DNA of 64,000 nucleotides from Dehalococcoidia bacterium (GCA_964291495.2 OZ219872.1:832001-896000); one strand, 5' to 3'. Shown: positions 9,951-21,516, counted from the first letter of the stretch. Numbers and translations: made by a program. The notes: generated from the letters alone by a model not told the origin.

Positions 9951-10757
9951 GAACTCGTCGGCTTGCCAGGCCTCGATCGTGGGGCGCAGGCCGTCCTCGC
10001 GGATGCGGCGGTTGACGTCGAGGACGGCGGGGGCGAGGTGGCCGATGACGTCGATCTCGAAGCCGACGGCGAGCGCCTCACGGAAGCCCTGGATGTCCTG
10101 CGTCTTGTTGATCGCGAGCTTCTCCAGGCCCAGCAGGTCCTTCGGCACGCGCGCCAGCTTGCGCGCGTACTCCGCGACGTAGGCGTCCAGCTGGTCCGCC
10201 GGGAGCGCCGCGTTGAAGATGCCCAGCTCCGCCGCCTCCGCGCCCGTGATCGTGTCGCCCACCGGCAGGAAGATCTCCTTCGCCTTCTTTGGACCGAGGT
10301 GCCACGCCCAGAACACCGAGTTCCAGCCCGCACCGAGCGGCAGCTGCGGCGCGCCGATGATCGTGTCCTCGGCGACGTAGGTGATGTCGCAGATCACCGC
10401 CAGCTGCGTGCCGCGACCGAGGCAGTAGCCGTGCACCTTGGCGATCACCGGGATCTTGAGGTCCCAGATCTGCATCCAGCGCCGGTACTGCGCCTCGAGC
10501 CGGTTGCGATCCTCGATCGGCGTGAAGTCGCGCGGCTGGCCCGAGGAGTCGTCGCGCTTGGTGTCGGCTCCGGCGCAGAAGGCGCGGCCCGCGCCCTGCA
10601 CGATCGCGCAGCGCACGTCGGGGTCCGCCTCGGCGCGCAGCAGCGCGGCGATCAGCGCCTCGTCCAGCTCCGGGTTGATCGCGTTGAGGCGCTCCGGCCG
10701 GTTGAGCGTGACCGTCGCGATGCGGTCCTCCACCTCGTACAGGACGACGTCGGGCAT
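9948..10757 (-). CDS. Enoyl-CoA hydratase/isomerase family protein
   Basis: ATVTLNRPERLNAI, GAGRAFCAGAD, PVIAKVHGYCLG. Confidence 0.92.
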   Translation of the reverse strand: MPDVVLYEVEDRIATVTLNRPERLNAINPELDEALIAALLRAEADPDVRCAIVQGAGRAFCAGADTKRDDSSGQPRDFTPIEDRNRLEAQYRRWMQIWDLKIPVIAKVHGYCLGRGTQLAVICDITYVAEDTIIGAPQLPLGAGWNSVFWAWHLGPKKAKEIFLPVGDTITGAEAAELGIFNAALPADQLDAYVAEYARKLARVPKDLLGLEKLAINKTQDIQGFREALAVGFEIDVIGHLAPAVLDVNRRIREDGLRPTIEAWQADEF

Positions 10758-10772
10758 CGTTTCCTCCTTCCG

Positions 10773-10900
10773 CCCTCACCCCCACCCTCTCCCTCGGGGA
10801 GAGGGGGTCGGAGGGCTCTCCCTCACCCCCGCCCTCTCCCTCGGGGAGAGGGGGCGGAGGGCTCTCCCTCACCCCCGCCCTCTCCCTCGGGGGGCGGGGG
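10773..10900. repeat. Tandem ~46-47 bp palindromic repeat, about 2.7 copies
   Basis: CCCTCACCCCC(A/G)CCCTCTCCCTCGGGGAGAGGGGG units starting at about 10773, 10820 and 10866. Confidence 0.85.
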
Positions 10901-12094
10901 CTAGCCGCCACCGTTGACGCGCGGCAGCACCTTCGTTGCGAACAGCTCCAGCGATCGCATCAGCTTGTCGTGCGGGATCAGGCCGTTGAACTGCCAGGCG
11001 AACAGCCAGTCCACCGGATCGTGCGAGACCATCGCCTCGAGCTGCCTCGTCACCGAGTCGACGCTGCCGACGAGCAGCATGCCGAGGTCCATCATCTCCT
11101 GAGGCGTCATCGGGTCCTCGGTGCCGGGCTTGTTGCGGCCGACGCCGAAGCCGAAGGGCGAGAACCAGGCGTTGTGCGCGAAGCCGGCGCCGCGGCGCCA
11201 CAGCTCGTACGCCTCCTCGTCCGTGTCGGCGATGAAGACGTCGCGCAGCAGCCCGATGCCCTCGCCCGGCCGGAGCGTGTGTCCGGCGGCCGTCGCCTCG
11301 TCCTGGTAGGCCTCGAGCAGCTTGCGCTGGTTGACCGGGTGCATCGGGGTGACGACGGCGGTGATGCCCTCGCGCGCGCACCAGCGGACGGTGCCCTCGC
11401 TGGAGGCGAAGGGCTGGAAGATCGGCGGGTGCGGCTTCTGCAGCGGCTTGGGCACGACGCCGATCTGGCGCAGCATGCCGTCCTCGTCGACGCCCTTGCC
11501 CCAGAGGCGGGTGGCCTCGAGGGTCCACGGGGTGCCCTCGGTGGGGATGGTCCAGTAGCTGCTGTCGGTGTCGAGCATCTCCTCGGTCCAGCAGCGGCGG
11601 ACGATGTTGAAGTGCTCCTCGAAGGCCTGGCGGTTGGCGGCGTCGATCTCGTCGTGCTGCTGCGGGATGGCGCCGTGGATGCCGTGCATCTGCTGCGCCA
11701 TCACGTCCACCCAGCGGCGCTGGTAGCCGCGCGCGAAGCCGGCGATGGCGCGCCCGCCGCTCATCTGGTCGAGCATCGCGATGTCCTCGGCGACGCGGAT
11801 CGGGTTCTGCGCGGGCAGCACGATGCCGAGCTGGCCGACGCGGATGCGCTCGGTCTGCATGGCGATGTAGAGGTCGAGCAGGACGGGGTTCGTGGAGAGC
11901 TCGAAGCCCTCGATGTGGAAGTGGTGCTCGGTGAAGGAGATCGAGTCGTAGCCGAGCCGGTCGGCGAGCTGCGCCTGCTCGGTCAGCTCGGCGAGCATCT
12001 GCTGGTAGAGGTCGTCGCGGACCCCGGCCATGCCCTGCTCGATCTCCTCGCGGGAGCCGACGGTGGGCAGGTAGAAGAGGCTCGTTTGCAGCAC
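10901..12094 (-). CDS. Luciferase-like (LLM) flavin-dependent oxidoreductase
   Basis: GTG start VLQTSLFYLP; GYDSISFTEHHF, NPIRVAEDIAMLDQMSGGRAIAGFARGY. Confidence 0.9.
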   Translation of the reverse strand: MLQTSLFYLPTVGSREEIEQGMAGVRDDLYQQMLAELTEQAQLADRLGYDSISFTEHHFHIEGFELSTNPVLLDLYIAMQTERIRVGQLGIVLPAQNPIRVAEDIAMLDQMSGGRAIAGFARGYQRRWVDVMAQQMHGIHGAIPQQHDEIDAANRQAFEEHFNIVRRCWTEEMLDTDSSYWTIPTEGTPWTLEATRLWGKGVDEDGMLRQIGVVPKPLQKPHPPIFQPFASSEGTVRWCAREGITAVVTPMHPVNQRKLLEAYQDEATAAGHTLRPGEGIGLLRDVFIADTDEEAYELWRRGAGFAHNAWFSPFGFGVGRNKPGTEDPMTPQEMMDLGMLLVGSVDSVTRQLEAMVSHDPVDWLFAWQFNGLIPHDKLMRSLELFATKVLPRVNGGG

Positions 12095-12191
12095 GTGTTC
12101 CCCTCCGGCTCCGCGCTCGCGCCGATGCGCTGGGGATGATACGCGAGGGGGTGCCGGGCGCCAGCGACGCGGCCGGCAGCCCGCAGCCGCC

Positions 12192-13067
12192 TCAGAAGAT
12201 CGAGCCGGCGAGGGCGGGCGGCTCGAGGGCGGCGAGGGCCTCCGCGCGCTCGTGCACGCGCTGGCTCGTCGCCTCGGGGTGGGTGAAGAGGTAGAAGCGG
12301 TTGTCGCGGACGCCCTCGAAGACGATGTTCGCAACGTCGTCGGGCGGGATGTAGCCGGGGCCGCCGGTCTCCGCCTGGCGCGAGAGGGCGCGCTGGTAGA
12401 GGTCGTGGTCGCGCACTGCCTGCGCCTCGTCGCCCTCGGTGCGGAACTCGTCGGGGCGGCGGTTGCGCGTGCCGCCCCCGCGGATGCGGCCGGGGCAGAG
12501 CACCGAGCAGTTGACCTTCGCATCGAGGCGCCGCAGCTCGTGGTAGAGCACCTCGGTCAGCGCGACGATGCCGGTCTTGCTGACCACGTAGCTGCCCATG
12601 CCGGGCCGCGCGCCGAGGCCGGCAGCCGAGGCGGTGTTGACGAGGTGCCCCTCGTCGTCCTGGGCGAGCATCAGCGGGATGAAGATCCTCGTGCCATGGA
12701 TCGCGCCCCAGAGGTTCACGCCCAGCGCCCAGCGCCAGTCCTCCTCGGTCGCCTCCCAGATCGAGATGTCCTGCGGGTTCACGCCGGCGTTGTTGCAGAC
12801 CACGTGTACGGCGCCGAAGGCCTCGACCGCCGCGTCCGCCAGCCGCTGCACGCTCTCCGATTTCGTGACGTCGGTCGCGACGGTGATCAGCCGCTCGCCG
12901 GCGGCGCCCTCCTCGATCAGCTGCGCCCGCGCCGCCGCGAGGTCCTCCGCATGCACGTCGGCCATCGCGACGCTCATACCCTCGTGCGCAAAGCGCCGCG
13001 AGAGCGCGAGGCCGACCTTGCCGCCCGCGCCGGTGACCACCGCGACCCTGCCCTCGAACTGCTGCAT
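12192..13067 (-). CDS. Short-chain dehydrogenase/reductase
   Basis: VAVVTGAGGKVG, CNNAGV, YVVSK catalytic motif. Confidence 0.92.
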   Translation of the reverse strand: MQQFEGRVAVVTGAGGKVGLALSRRFAHEGMSVAMADVHAEDLAAARAQLIEEGAAGERLITVATDVTKSESVQRLADAAVEAFGAVHVVCNNAGVNPQDISIWEATEEDWRWALGVNLWGAIHGTRIFIPLMLAQDDEGHLVNTASAAGLGARPGMGSYVVSKTGIVALTEVLYHELRRLDAKVNCSVLCPGRIRGGGTRNRRPDEFRTEGDEAQAVRDHDLYQRALSRQAETGGPGYIPPDDVANIVFEGVRDNRFYLFTHPEATSQRVHERAEALAALEPPALAGSIF

Positions 13068-13171
13068 CGTTCGCTCCTCGCCTCGTCGCTTGCGCTTGCC
13101 TCGGGCGTGCGGATCGCATCCGCCCGCTCGTCCCGCCTATCATCGCCGGGCGCGCAAGCGAGGGGGAGCCG

Positions 13172-13576
13172 ATGGCCGTCGAACTGGCGAGGTCCGCGAT
13201 CGATCTGGGGATCGTCGTGGCCGACGAGGATGCGATGCTGCGCTTCTACCGCGACACGCTCGGCCTCGAGTACCTCAACAAGCAGACGACAGGCCCGGGC
13301 GGTTACATGCACCGCCTCGCCTGCGGGGAGAGCGTGATCAAGCTCGTCGTGCCGCCGCAGACTCCGGCCTCGCGCACGCCTCGCGGCGCGCGCACGCAGA
13401 CCGGGCTGCGCTACTTCACGATCCTCGTCTCCAACGTCGAGGAGGTCGCCGCGCGTTGCGAGGCCGAGGGGTTCGAGTTCCACTCGCCGCTCAAGGCGGC
13501 GACCCACGGCGGGACGTACGTGCAGGTCTACGACCCGGACGGCAACGTCGTCGCCTTCGTGCGCGAGGACGAGTAG
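13172..13576 (+). CDS. VOC/glyoxalase family protein
   Basis: LRFYRDTLGL and VYDPDGNVV motifs. Confidence 0.85.
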   Translation: MAVELARSAIDLGIVVADEDAMLRFYRDTLGLEYLNKQTTGPGGYMHRLACGESVIKLVVPPQTPASRTPRGARTQTGLRYFTILVSNVEEVAARCEAEGFEFHSPLKAATHGGTYVQVYDPDGNVVAFVREDE

Positions 13577-13629
13577 CCCGGACGCGCTCGCGGCGCGTCC
13601 GGGAAGGACAGGGAGCGAGGAGCAACACC

Positions 13630-14556
13630 ATGCGCATCGGCTTCATCGGCCTCGGGAACATGGGCGGGCACATGGCGATGAACGTGATCGCCGGCGGCCA
13701 CGACGTGGTGGTGCACGACATCCGCCGCGAGGCCGCCGAGCGGCACGTCGCCGCTGGCGCGCGCTGGGCCGCCACGCCGCGCGGGGCGAGCGAGGACCGC
13801 GAGGTCGTCTTCACCTCGCTGCCCGGCCCGGCCGAGGTCGAGCAGGTGGCGCTCGGTGAGGGCGGCGTGCTGGCCGGCGCCGCGGCCGGCACGATCTACG
13901 TCGACCTCTCGACCAACTCGCCGACGCTGATGCGGCGCGTCCACGAGGAGTTCGCCGGGGAGGACGTCGCCGTCCTCGACGCGCCCGTCAGCGGCGGCTC
14001 GAAGGGCGCGGAGCTGGCGACGCTGGCCGTGATGGTCGGCGGTCCCGAGGAGGCCTACGAGCGCGCGAAGCCGGTGCTCGACCTGATCGGCGACAAGGTC
14101 TCCTACATCGGGCCCTCGGGCGCGGGGGCGATCGCGAAGCTGGTGCACAATCTGATCACGATCAGCGCGCGTGTGATCGTCGGCGAGGCGCTGACGCTCG
14201 GCGTGAAGGCCGGGGTCGACCCGGAGGCGCTGCTGGAGGCAGTGCAGAACGGCTCCTTCGGGCAGGGCAACCTGATCCACCGCACCGTGCCGAACATCGT
14301 CTACCAGGGCGCCTACGACAACGTCGGCTTCGCCCTCGACCTCTCGCTCAAGGACCTGCGGCTCGCCCTCGAGCTGGCCGGGGAGTTCGATGTGCCGATC
14401 GCGCTCGGCGCGGTCGCCGAGGCGGAGGTCGCCGAGGCGGTCGACGCCGGCCTCGGCCCGCTCGACTCGAGCGCGTCGATCATCCTGCAGGAGCGGCGCA
14501 GCGGGGTTGAGCTGCGCGCCGCGGACGCGGTCCGCAGCTGGCAGGACGACCGCTAG
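13630..14556 (+). CDS. NAD(P)-dependent oxidoreductase, 3-hydroxyisobutyrate dehydrogenase family
   Basis: MRIGFIGLGNMGGHMA, LDAPVSGG, AKLVHN. Confidence 0.92.
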   Translation: MRIGFIGLGNMGGHMAMNVIAGGHDVVVHDIRREAAERHVAAGARWAATPRGASEDREVVFTSLPGPAEVEQVALGEGGVLAGAAAGTIYVDLSTNSPTLMRRVHEEFAGEDVAVLDAPVSGGSKGAELATLAVMVGGPEEAYERAKPVLDLIGDKVSYIGPSGAGAIAKLVHNLITISARVIVGEALTLGVKAGVDPEALLEAVQNGSFGQGNLIHRTVPNIVYQGAYDNVGFALDLSLKDLRLALELAGEFDVPIALGAVAEAEVAEAVDAGLGPLDSSASIILQERRSGVELRAADAVRSWQDDR

Positions 14557-14584
14557 CAGCCGATAACCCGTCGATCACGCAGAC

Positions 14585-14605
14585 TGTCTACACTGTGTCT
14601 ACACT
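14585..14605 (+). promoter_or_regulatory. 11-bp-period direct repeat upstream of gltA (candidate operator)
   Basis: TGTCTACACT at 14585 and 14596. Confidence 0.4.
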
Positions 14606-14692
14606 AGGTAGCGGTGGATTCTGGCCGCGAGCGCCGCGGGCCTCGGGCCCGCCCTGCGCGCCGGGCGGCCATGCGATAGCTGGGGGTGATGT

Positions 14693-16009
<1,317 letters not shown>

Positions 16010-16039
16010 GCGCGGGCGATCAGTCCGCGCGCGTCCTTG

Positions 16040-16700
16040 CGTTGGGGGCTGCGCCCTTAAGGACACGCGCCCGACCTCGGAAGGTCGTTGCGCCCGGGGC
16101 GGCGCTGCGCGCCGGGCGGGCTGCGCCCGCTCCCCCTCACCCCCGCCCTCTCCCTCGGGGGGAGAGGGAGCCGGACCGTCCGCGCGTGGCTGGCTGCCTG
16201 CTCCGAGCCTGTCATCGGCGCGGAAGTCCGGCACGCGCCCTCACCCAAGGAGACCTTTCTTAACCCGCTCCTCGGGGCAGCGAGCGCATCCCATCCGGTC
16301 CCCTCTCCCCGAGGGAGAGGGTCAGGGTGAGGGAGGGTCCGCCCTCCGGGAATTGCGTTGCGCCATCGGGGCTTTCGAAGGGGCACGGGAGTCCTCCCCC
16401 TCACCCCCGCCCTCTCCCCAGGGAGAGGGGACCGGACGCGCCTAGCAAGGCTGGTGCGTGCTCGGCGTTGTGGCGTGCGCCGGACCGGCGGGGGCGTGGG
16501 GGCGAAGCCCCCACCTAAGAAAATCCGGGGCGGGTGGGTGGGTCCGAGCGGCGCGTAGCGCCCGCTCGTCCGGGATGGGGGCGTGGGGGGCGCAGCCCCC
16601 CACACAGGACACGCTCTTGGCCTCGGAGATTCGCTGCAACTCGGAAGTCCGGCGAGCGCCCTCACCCCCGCCCTCTCCCTCGGGGAGAGGGGGCCGGAGA
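16040..16700. repeat. Composite palindromic intergenic repeat cluster
   Basis: Four CCCTCTCCC/GGGAGAGGG hairpins plus GGGGCGAAGCCCC and GGGGCGCAGCCCC modules; contains reverse-complement homologues of blocks at about 5015-5145 and 43910-43980. Confidence 0.85.
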
Positions 16701-16711
16701 CGCTCGCGCGG

Positions 16712-18133
16712 CTACGCGTCGAGGCGCTCGATCAGGTCGGCGTACTGGCCGAGGTGGCGCACGCTGAGGTAGCGCTCGCGCACCGTCTCGCGCGCCCGGC
16801 GGCCGAGCGCCTCGGCGCGCTCCGGCTGCGCCAGCAGCTCGCGCAGCCGCGAGCCGTAGGCCGCGAGGTCCGTCGGATCGGCGAGCAGCGCGCCGTCGTG
16901 GCCGTCCTCGATCTGGTCCTGGATGCCACCGACAGCGCTCGCGAGCAGCGGGCGGCCCTTCCACATCGCCTCGGTGACGGTCAGGCCGAAGCCCTCCTGC
17001 AGGCTCTTCTGCACGATCACCGCGGCGTGGCGCTGCAGTGCGTTGACCATCACCGCGTTCTCCTCGACGTCGTCGGTCGGCAGCGAGACTAGGTGGATGC
17101 GGTCGCGCACCGCCTCCGGCAGCCCGCGCCAGACGGCGATCGTCTCCTCGAGGACGTGCGCAGCCTCGGGATCGTCGGCGACGCCGCTGGTGTTCGGCCC
17201 GGCGAGCATCAGCCGGGCGTCTGTCTCCGCCGCGATCGAGGCGAAGCCCTGCATCACGCCGATCGGGTCCTTGAGCGGATCCCAGCGCGAGACCTGCACC
17301 GCCAGCGGGACGGCGGCGGCCGGCGGCGGGCCGGAGCGCACCACCTCGGCGCGCCGCTCGACGCGTCGAGGCGTTCCGTCCTGGCCGGTGAAGCTGACCG
17401 CGCCACCCGACTCGCCCGCGATCATCCCCGTGTGCGCGAGCACCGCGCGCACGGTCGCCGCGTCCAGGTCCTCGTTCTTCGCCGTCAGCGGGTCGAGCGA
17501 GGGTGGGATCAGCATCACCTCGCGGCCCGCGGCGAGCGCGGGGACGTAGGCCTGCCGCGTGAAGACAAAGGCGTCGACAGGCTCCAGGTACGGCGCGAGG
17601 AAGGCCCAGCCGCGCTCGGTCTCCTCGTTCGAGGCGTCGCTGCCGATGTGGCAGCGCCAGATCGAGGGGACCCCCGCGCGCGCGAGGTGCGGGGCGAGGC
17701 CCGCGGTCTGCGGATCGTGCAGGATCACGATATCGCGCGGGCCAACGGCCTCGAGTACGCCCGCGGCGTTCTCCTCGGCGACCTGCTCGTAGACGGCGCG
17801 CTCGGCCTCGCCGAGCGGGGTCCCGTCGCCCCTCGCGCCATGCAGCGCGTGGTGCATGCGCTTGGTGAGCGTAAAGAACGGCGCGACGCCCTCGATCACG
17901 AGCCAGCTCGTCTGCACGCCGAGGTCGCGCGCGTAGCCGATCAGCGAGGGCAGCATCTCCGCGACGCCGCCGCCGGTCGCCGTGGAGTTGATGTTCCAGA
18001 CGACGCGCCCGTCGAGGCGATCACGCAGCGAAGCGGCGCGGTCGCGCGCGGCGGCGACGACCTCCGTGCCGATTACGCCCTCGAGCAGGCTGAACGAGCG
18101 ATCCGGGACCGCTACCTCGTGCGGCTCGACCAT
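16712..18133 (-). CDS. treT: GT4 glycosyltransferase, trehalose synthase TreT-like
   Basis: NSTATGGGVAEML, LHDPQTAGL, QVSRWDPLKDP, EGFGLTVTEAMWK; divergent from otsBA. Confidence 0.8.
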   Translation of the reverse strand: MVEPHEVAVPDRSFSLLEGVIGTEVVAAARDRAASLRDRLDGRVVWNINSTATGGGVAEMLPSLIGYARDLGVQTSWLVIEGVAPFFTLTKRMHHALHGARGDGTPLGEAERAVYEQVAEENAAGVLEAVGPRDIVILHDPQTAGLAPHLARAGVPSIWRCHIGSDASNEETERGWAFLAPYLEPVDAFVFTRQAYVPALAAGREVMLIPPSLDPLTAKNEDLDAATVRAVLAHTGMIAGESGGAVSFTGQDGTPRRVERRAEVVRSGPPPAAAVPLAVQVSRWDPLKDPIGVMQGFASIAAETDARLMLAGPNTSGVADDPEAAHVLEETIAVWRGLPEAVRDRIHLVSLPTDDVEENAVMVNALQRHAAVIVQKSLQEGFGLTVTEAMWKGRPLLASAVGGIQDQIEDGHDGALLADPTDLAAYGSRLRELLAQPERAEALGRRARETVRERYLSVRHLGQYADLIERLDA

Positions 18134-18321
18134 CGTGGCGACGCCCCCTCCCGGGCACGCCGTCCGCGCGGTCTGGCCGCCGGTGCGAGCTTCGCCCGAT
18201 CGCAGTCCAGCGGCGTTGCGACTTACGCGCAATAGCACCGCCCCGAGGCGCGCGACCCGCCACCCGAACGTGCAATTGCCGCCTGCGCACGCGGGCGGTA
18301 CGGTAACGGCGTGACCCCACG

Positions 18322-19164
18322 ATGACTGCAGCATCGCTCGATAGCACATCACCGAATCCGGACCCCTCGACCCTTCACCCCCCGCTCCGCACCAGGCTGC
18401 GCGCCGAGCTCGATGCCGTCGCCAACGGGCCGAGCCTGCTGGCGCTCGACTACGACGGCACGCTCGCGCCCTTCCGTAGCGAGCGCTCGGAGGCCCGCAT
18501 GCCCGGCGAGCTGCGCGAGCTCCTCAGCGCGATCGCGGCCTGCGAGGCGACACGCGTGGCGATCGTCTCGGGGCGGCCGATCGCCGAGGTGGAGGCGCTA
18601 CTCGGCCTCGAGCCGCTGCCGGAGCTGTTCGGCGTGCACGGCTGGGAGCGCCGCCTGCGGGACGGCCGCCGCGCCGATCACGCGCCGCCGCCGCGCGCCG
18701 CCGCCGCGCTCGAGGCCGAGTGGCAGCGCCTCGCGGGCGAGTTGGCGGAGGAGCGGCTGGAGCGCAAGTCCGCGAGCCTCGCCCTGCACGTGCGCGGCCT
18801 CGAGGCCGCCGAGGGCGCGGCGCTGATCGCGAGCGTCGAGCCGCGCTGGCGCGCCCTCGCGGCGGAGCACGCGCTGGAGCTGCGGCGCTTCGACGGCGGC
18901 ATCGAGCTGCGCTGCGCCGGCCGCAGCAAGGGCGACGTGCTGCGCGAGCTGCTGGCGGAGCTGCCCGGGGGCGCGACCGCCGCCTACCTCGGCGACGACG
19001 AGACGGACGAGGACGCCTTCCGCGCAATCGCGGGCCGCGGCCTCGGCGTGCTCGTCGCGGAGCAGCCGCGCGAGACAGCGGCCGCGCACGTCATCGCGCC
19101 CTCGGCGGTGGCGGCGCTGCTCCGCGAGTGGGTGCGGCACGCGCGGAAGGCGGCGGGCTCGTGA
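18322..19164 (+). CDS. otsB: Trehalose-6-phosphate phosphatase
   Basis: HAD motifs LDYDGTLAP, IVSGR, YLGDDETDEDAF. Confidence 0.9.
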   Translation: MTAASLDSTSPNPDPSTLHPPLRTRLRAELDAVANGPSLLALDYDGTLAPFRSERSEARMPGELRELLSAIAACEATRVAIVSGRPIAEVEALLGLEPLPELFGVHGWERRLRDGRRADHAPPPRAAAALEAEWQRLAGELAEERLERKSASLALHVRGLEAAEGAALIASVEPRWRALAAEHALELRRFDGGIELRCAGRSKGDVLRELLAELPGGATAAYLGDDETDEDAFRAIAGRGLGVLVAEQPRETAAAHVIAPSAVAALLREWVRHARKAAGS

Positions 19165-20516
19165 CGAACGGGCGGCGTCGCGTGGTCATCGCCTCGAACC
19201 GGGTGCCGCCCCCGCCCGCCGAGGGCGCGCCCTGGCCCGCGGGCGGCCTCGTCTCCGCGCTGCTGCCGCCGCTCGCCGCCGTGGGCGGCCTCTGGTTCGG
19301 CTGGAGCGGGGAGGCCGGCGACCCGGACACGCCGCCGCAGCGCACCGTCACCCCGGACATCGACTACGTCACGATCGACCTGCCCGAGCGGGAGATCGCC
19401 GACTTCTACGAGGGTTTCTGCAACCGCACGCTCTGGCCCCACCTGCACGGCCTCGCCGAGCAGGCAACGGCCCTCCATCGCGAGTACTCCACCTACCGCA
19501 CGGCGAACCGCCGCTTTGCGCTGGCGCTCGTGCCGCTGCTCGCGGCGGACGACCTGATCTGGGTGCATGATTACCAGCTGATCCCGCTCGGCCAGGAGCT
19601 GCAACGGCTCGGCTGGCGCGGGCCGCTCGGCTACTTCCACCACGTGCCCGTCCCGCCTCGCGAGCACTGGGAGGCGATCCCCAACCACGAGGCGCTCGCC
19701 ACCGCGTTCACCGCCTACGAGCTGATCGGCACGCAGACCCCGCGCGACCGCGACCAGCTGCGCACGCTGCTGCCCGCCGGGCATGCCGAGCACATCTCGA
19801 CGCACCCCGTGGGCATCGATCCGCAGCGCTTCCGCCAGTTCGCCGCCTCCTACGGCGCCGACCCCCTCGCGCGCGAGGGCGACGAGCGGCAGATCCTGTT
19901 CGGCGTCGACCGGCTCGACTACACGAAGGGCATCCGCCAGCGCCTCGAGGCGTTCGAGAGGCTGCTGCTGCGCGACGAGCGCTGGCGGCGCGAGGCGCGC
20001 TTCGTGCAGTGGGCCGCGCCCTCGCGGGGGAACGTGCCGGAGTACCAGGCAGAGCGCGCCGCGGTGATCGAGGTGGCCGAGCGCATCAACGCGCGCTTCG
20101 GCGAGCCCCACCCGGTCGAGCTGGACCTCACCTCGCACCCGCCCGACGAGGTCGCCGCCGGCCTCGAAGCGGCCGACATCTGCGTCGTCACCTCGCTCGC
20201 CGACGGCATGAACCTCGTCGCCAAGGAGTTCGCGGCTGTCCACTCCGCCGAGCACCCGGGCGTACTGGTCCTGTCCGACACCTGCGGGGCGGCCTCGCAG
20301 CTGACGGGCGCGCTGCCCGTGCGCGCGACCGACATCGGCTCGATCGAGGAGGCGCTGGAGCGGGGGCTGCGCATGCCATGGGACGAGCGCTCGCGCCGCG
20401 CTGCGGTGCTGCGCACGACGGTCGACTTCACGACGGCGGGCCGCTGGTTCCAGGAGTTCGTGCTGGAGCTCGAACGCCGCCGCCCCGGCGGCGCGCCGAC
20501 CGTCTTCCGCTGGTAG
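19161..20516 (+). CDS. otsA: Trehalose-6-phosphate synthase
   Basis: GTGA overlap with otsB; SNRVP, AGGLVSAL, WFGWSG, WVHDYQL, VDRLDYTKGI, DGMNLVAKEF. Confidence 0.92.
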   Translation: MTNGRRRVVIASNRVPPPPAEGAPWPAGGLVSALLPPLAAVGGLWFGWSGEAGDPDTPPQRTVTPDIDYVTIDLPEREIADFYEGFCNRTLWPHLHGLAEQATALHREYSTYRTANRRFALALVPLLAADDLIWVHDYQLIPLGQELQRLGWRGPLGYFHHVPVPPREHWEAIPNHEALATAFTAYELIGTQTPRDRDQLRTLLPAGHAEHISTHPVGIDPQRFRQFAASYGADPLAREGDERQILFGVDRLDYTKGIRQRLEAFERLLLRDERWRREARFVQWAAPSRGNVPEYQAERAAVIEVAERINARFGEPHPVELDLTSHPPDEVAAGLEAADICVVTSLADGMNLVAKEFAAVHSAEHPGVLVLSDTCGAASQLTGALPVRATDIGSIEEALERGLRMPWDERSRRAAVLRTTVDFTTAGRWFQEFVLELERRRPGGAPTVFRW

Positions 20517-20524
20517 CCCCGGCG

Positions 20525-20880
20525 CCCTCCGGCCCCCTCTCCCCGCGGGAGAGGGCGGGGGTGAGGGCCGGCGCGTAGCGCCCCTCCGGGGGCGTACCGC
20601 CCTCCGATGCCAGGCGCGCGTCCTGCGTGGGGGGCGCTATTTCGATCGGACGTGCGGATACCTCGCAGGCCCCCACACCCCCAATCCGGCCCCCTCTCCC
20701 CGAGGGAGAGGGCGGGGGTGAGGGCCGGCGCGTAGCGCCCCTCCGGGGGCGACCACCCTCCGAGGCAGGGAGCGTGTCCCTTCGTGGGGGGCTGCGCCCC
20801 CCACGCCCCTCGGAGCCCTCGAGGGCGCATCCTCCGGCTCCCTCTCCCCCGGCGGGAGAGGGGTGGGGTGAGGGGGACGC
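20525..20880. repeat. Composite palindromic repeat cluster with internal ~60 bp duplication
   Basis: CCCTCTCCCCG(C/A)GGGAGAGGGCGGGGGTGAGGGCCGGCGCGTAGCGCCCCTCCGGGGGCG at about 20535 and 20693; third hairpin at about 20842. Confidence 0.85.
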
Positions 20881-20933
20881 CGCGCACCAGCGCGGCCCCG
20901 GCGCTATCGTGGAAGCGAACGGCAGGAGCAGCG

Positions 20934-21500
20934 ATGACCGCCCAACCCCCACCGCTTCCCCCCGACGTCCCCGGCAAGGTCGAGATCGACCCCGTCGAGC
21001 AGGTCATGCACGAGTTCCCCTACGGCATCTACATCGTCGGGTCCGTCGAGGACGGCGAGCCGAACGGGATGATCGCGGACTGGGTGATGCAGGTCTCTTT
21101 CGAGCCGCGGCTCGTCGCCGTGGCGTTCGAGGACGACTCGCGCAGCCTCGCGCGGATCCGCGCCAACGGCGTCTTCACCATCAACCTGCTGACCGAGGAG
21201 CCGGACAGCATAGAGCTGGCCCGCCAGTTCCTGCAGCCCTACGACGCCTCGAAGATCAAGGGCCGCAGCGACGAGGCGGCGGCGCAGCGCCACCACAAGC
21301 TCGCCGGCGTCGAGCACTGGCTGCGCGACTCCGGCTGCCCGGTGCTGGAGGACGCCCTCGCCTGGCTCGAGTGCGAGGCCGAACAGTTCGTCGAGGCCGG
21401 CGACCACGTCCTCGTGATCGGCCGCGTCCTCGACGGCGAAGTCCTCGTCAGCGCCGAGCCGCTGACCTCGCTCTACACCGGCTGGACGTACAGCGGCTGA
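20934..21500 (+). CDS. Flavin reductase family protein
   Basis: PYGIYIV, WVMQVSFEP, ALAWLEC..AGDHVLVIGRV. Confidence 0.9.
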   Translation: MTAQPPPLPPDVPGKVEIDPVEQVMHEFPYGIYIVGSVEDGEPNGMIADWVMQVSFEPRLVAVAFEDDSRSLARIRANGVFTINLLTEEPDSIELARQFLQPYDASKIKGRSDEAAAQRHHKLAGVEHWLRDSGCPVLEDALAWLECEAEQFVEAGDHVLVIGRVLDGEVLVSAEPLTSLYTGWTYSG

Positions 21501-21516
21501 GGGGCGGCCCGCCGCC

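Noticed and set aside
10773-10900. Short tandem palindromic units resembling a CRISPR array
   Set aside because: Spacers are only ~10-12 nt and nearly identical, the unit occurs dispersed across the window, and no cas genes are present
16042-16772. Small ORFs with PSPPPSPSGRG or PHPRPLPRGE peptides, here and at other repeat loci
   Set aside because: Translations of the palindromic repeat modules, not genes
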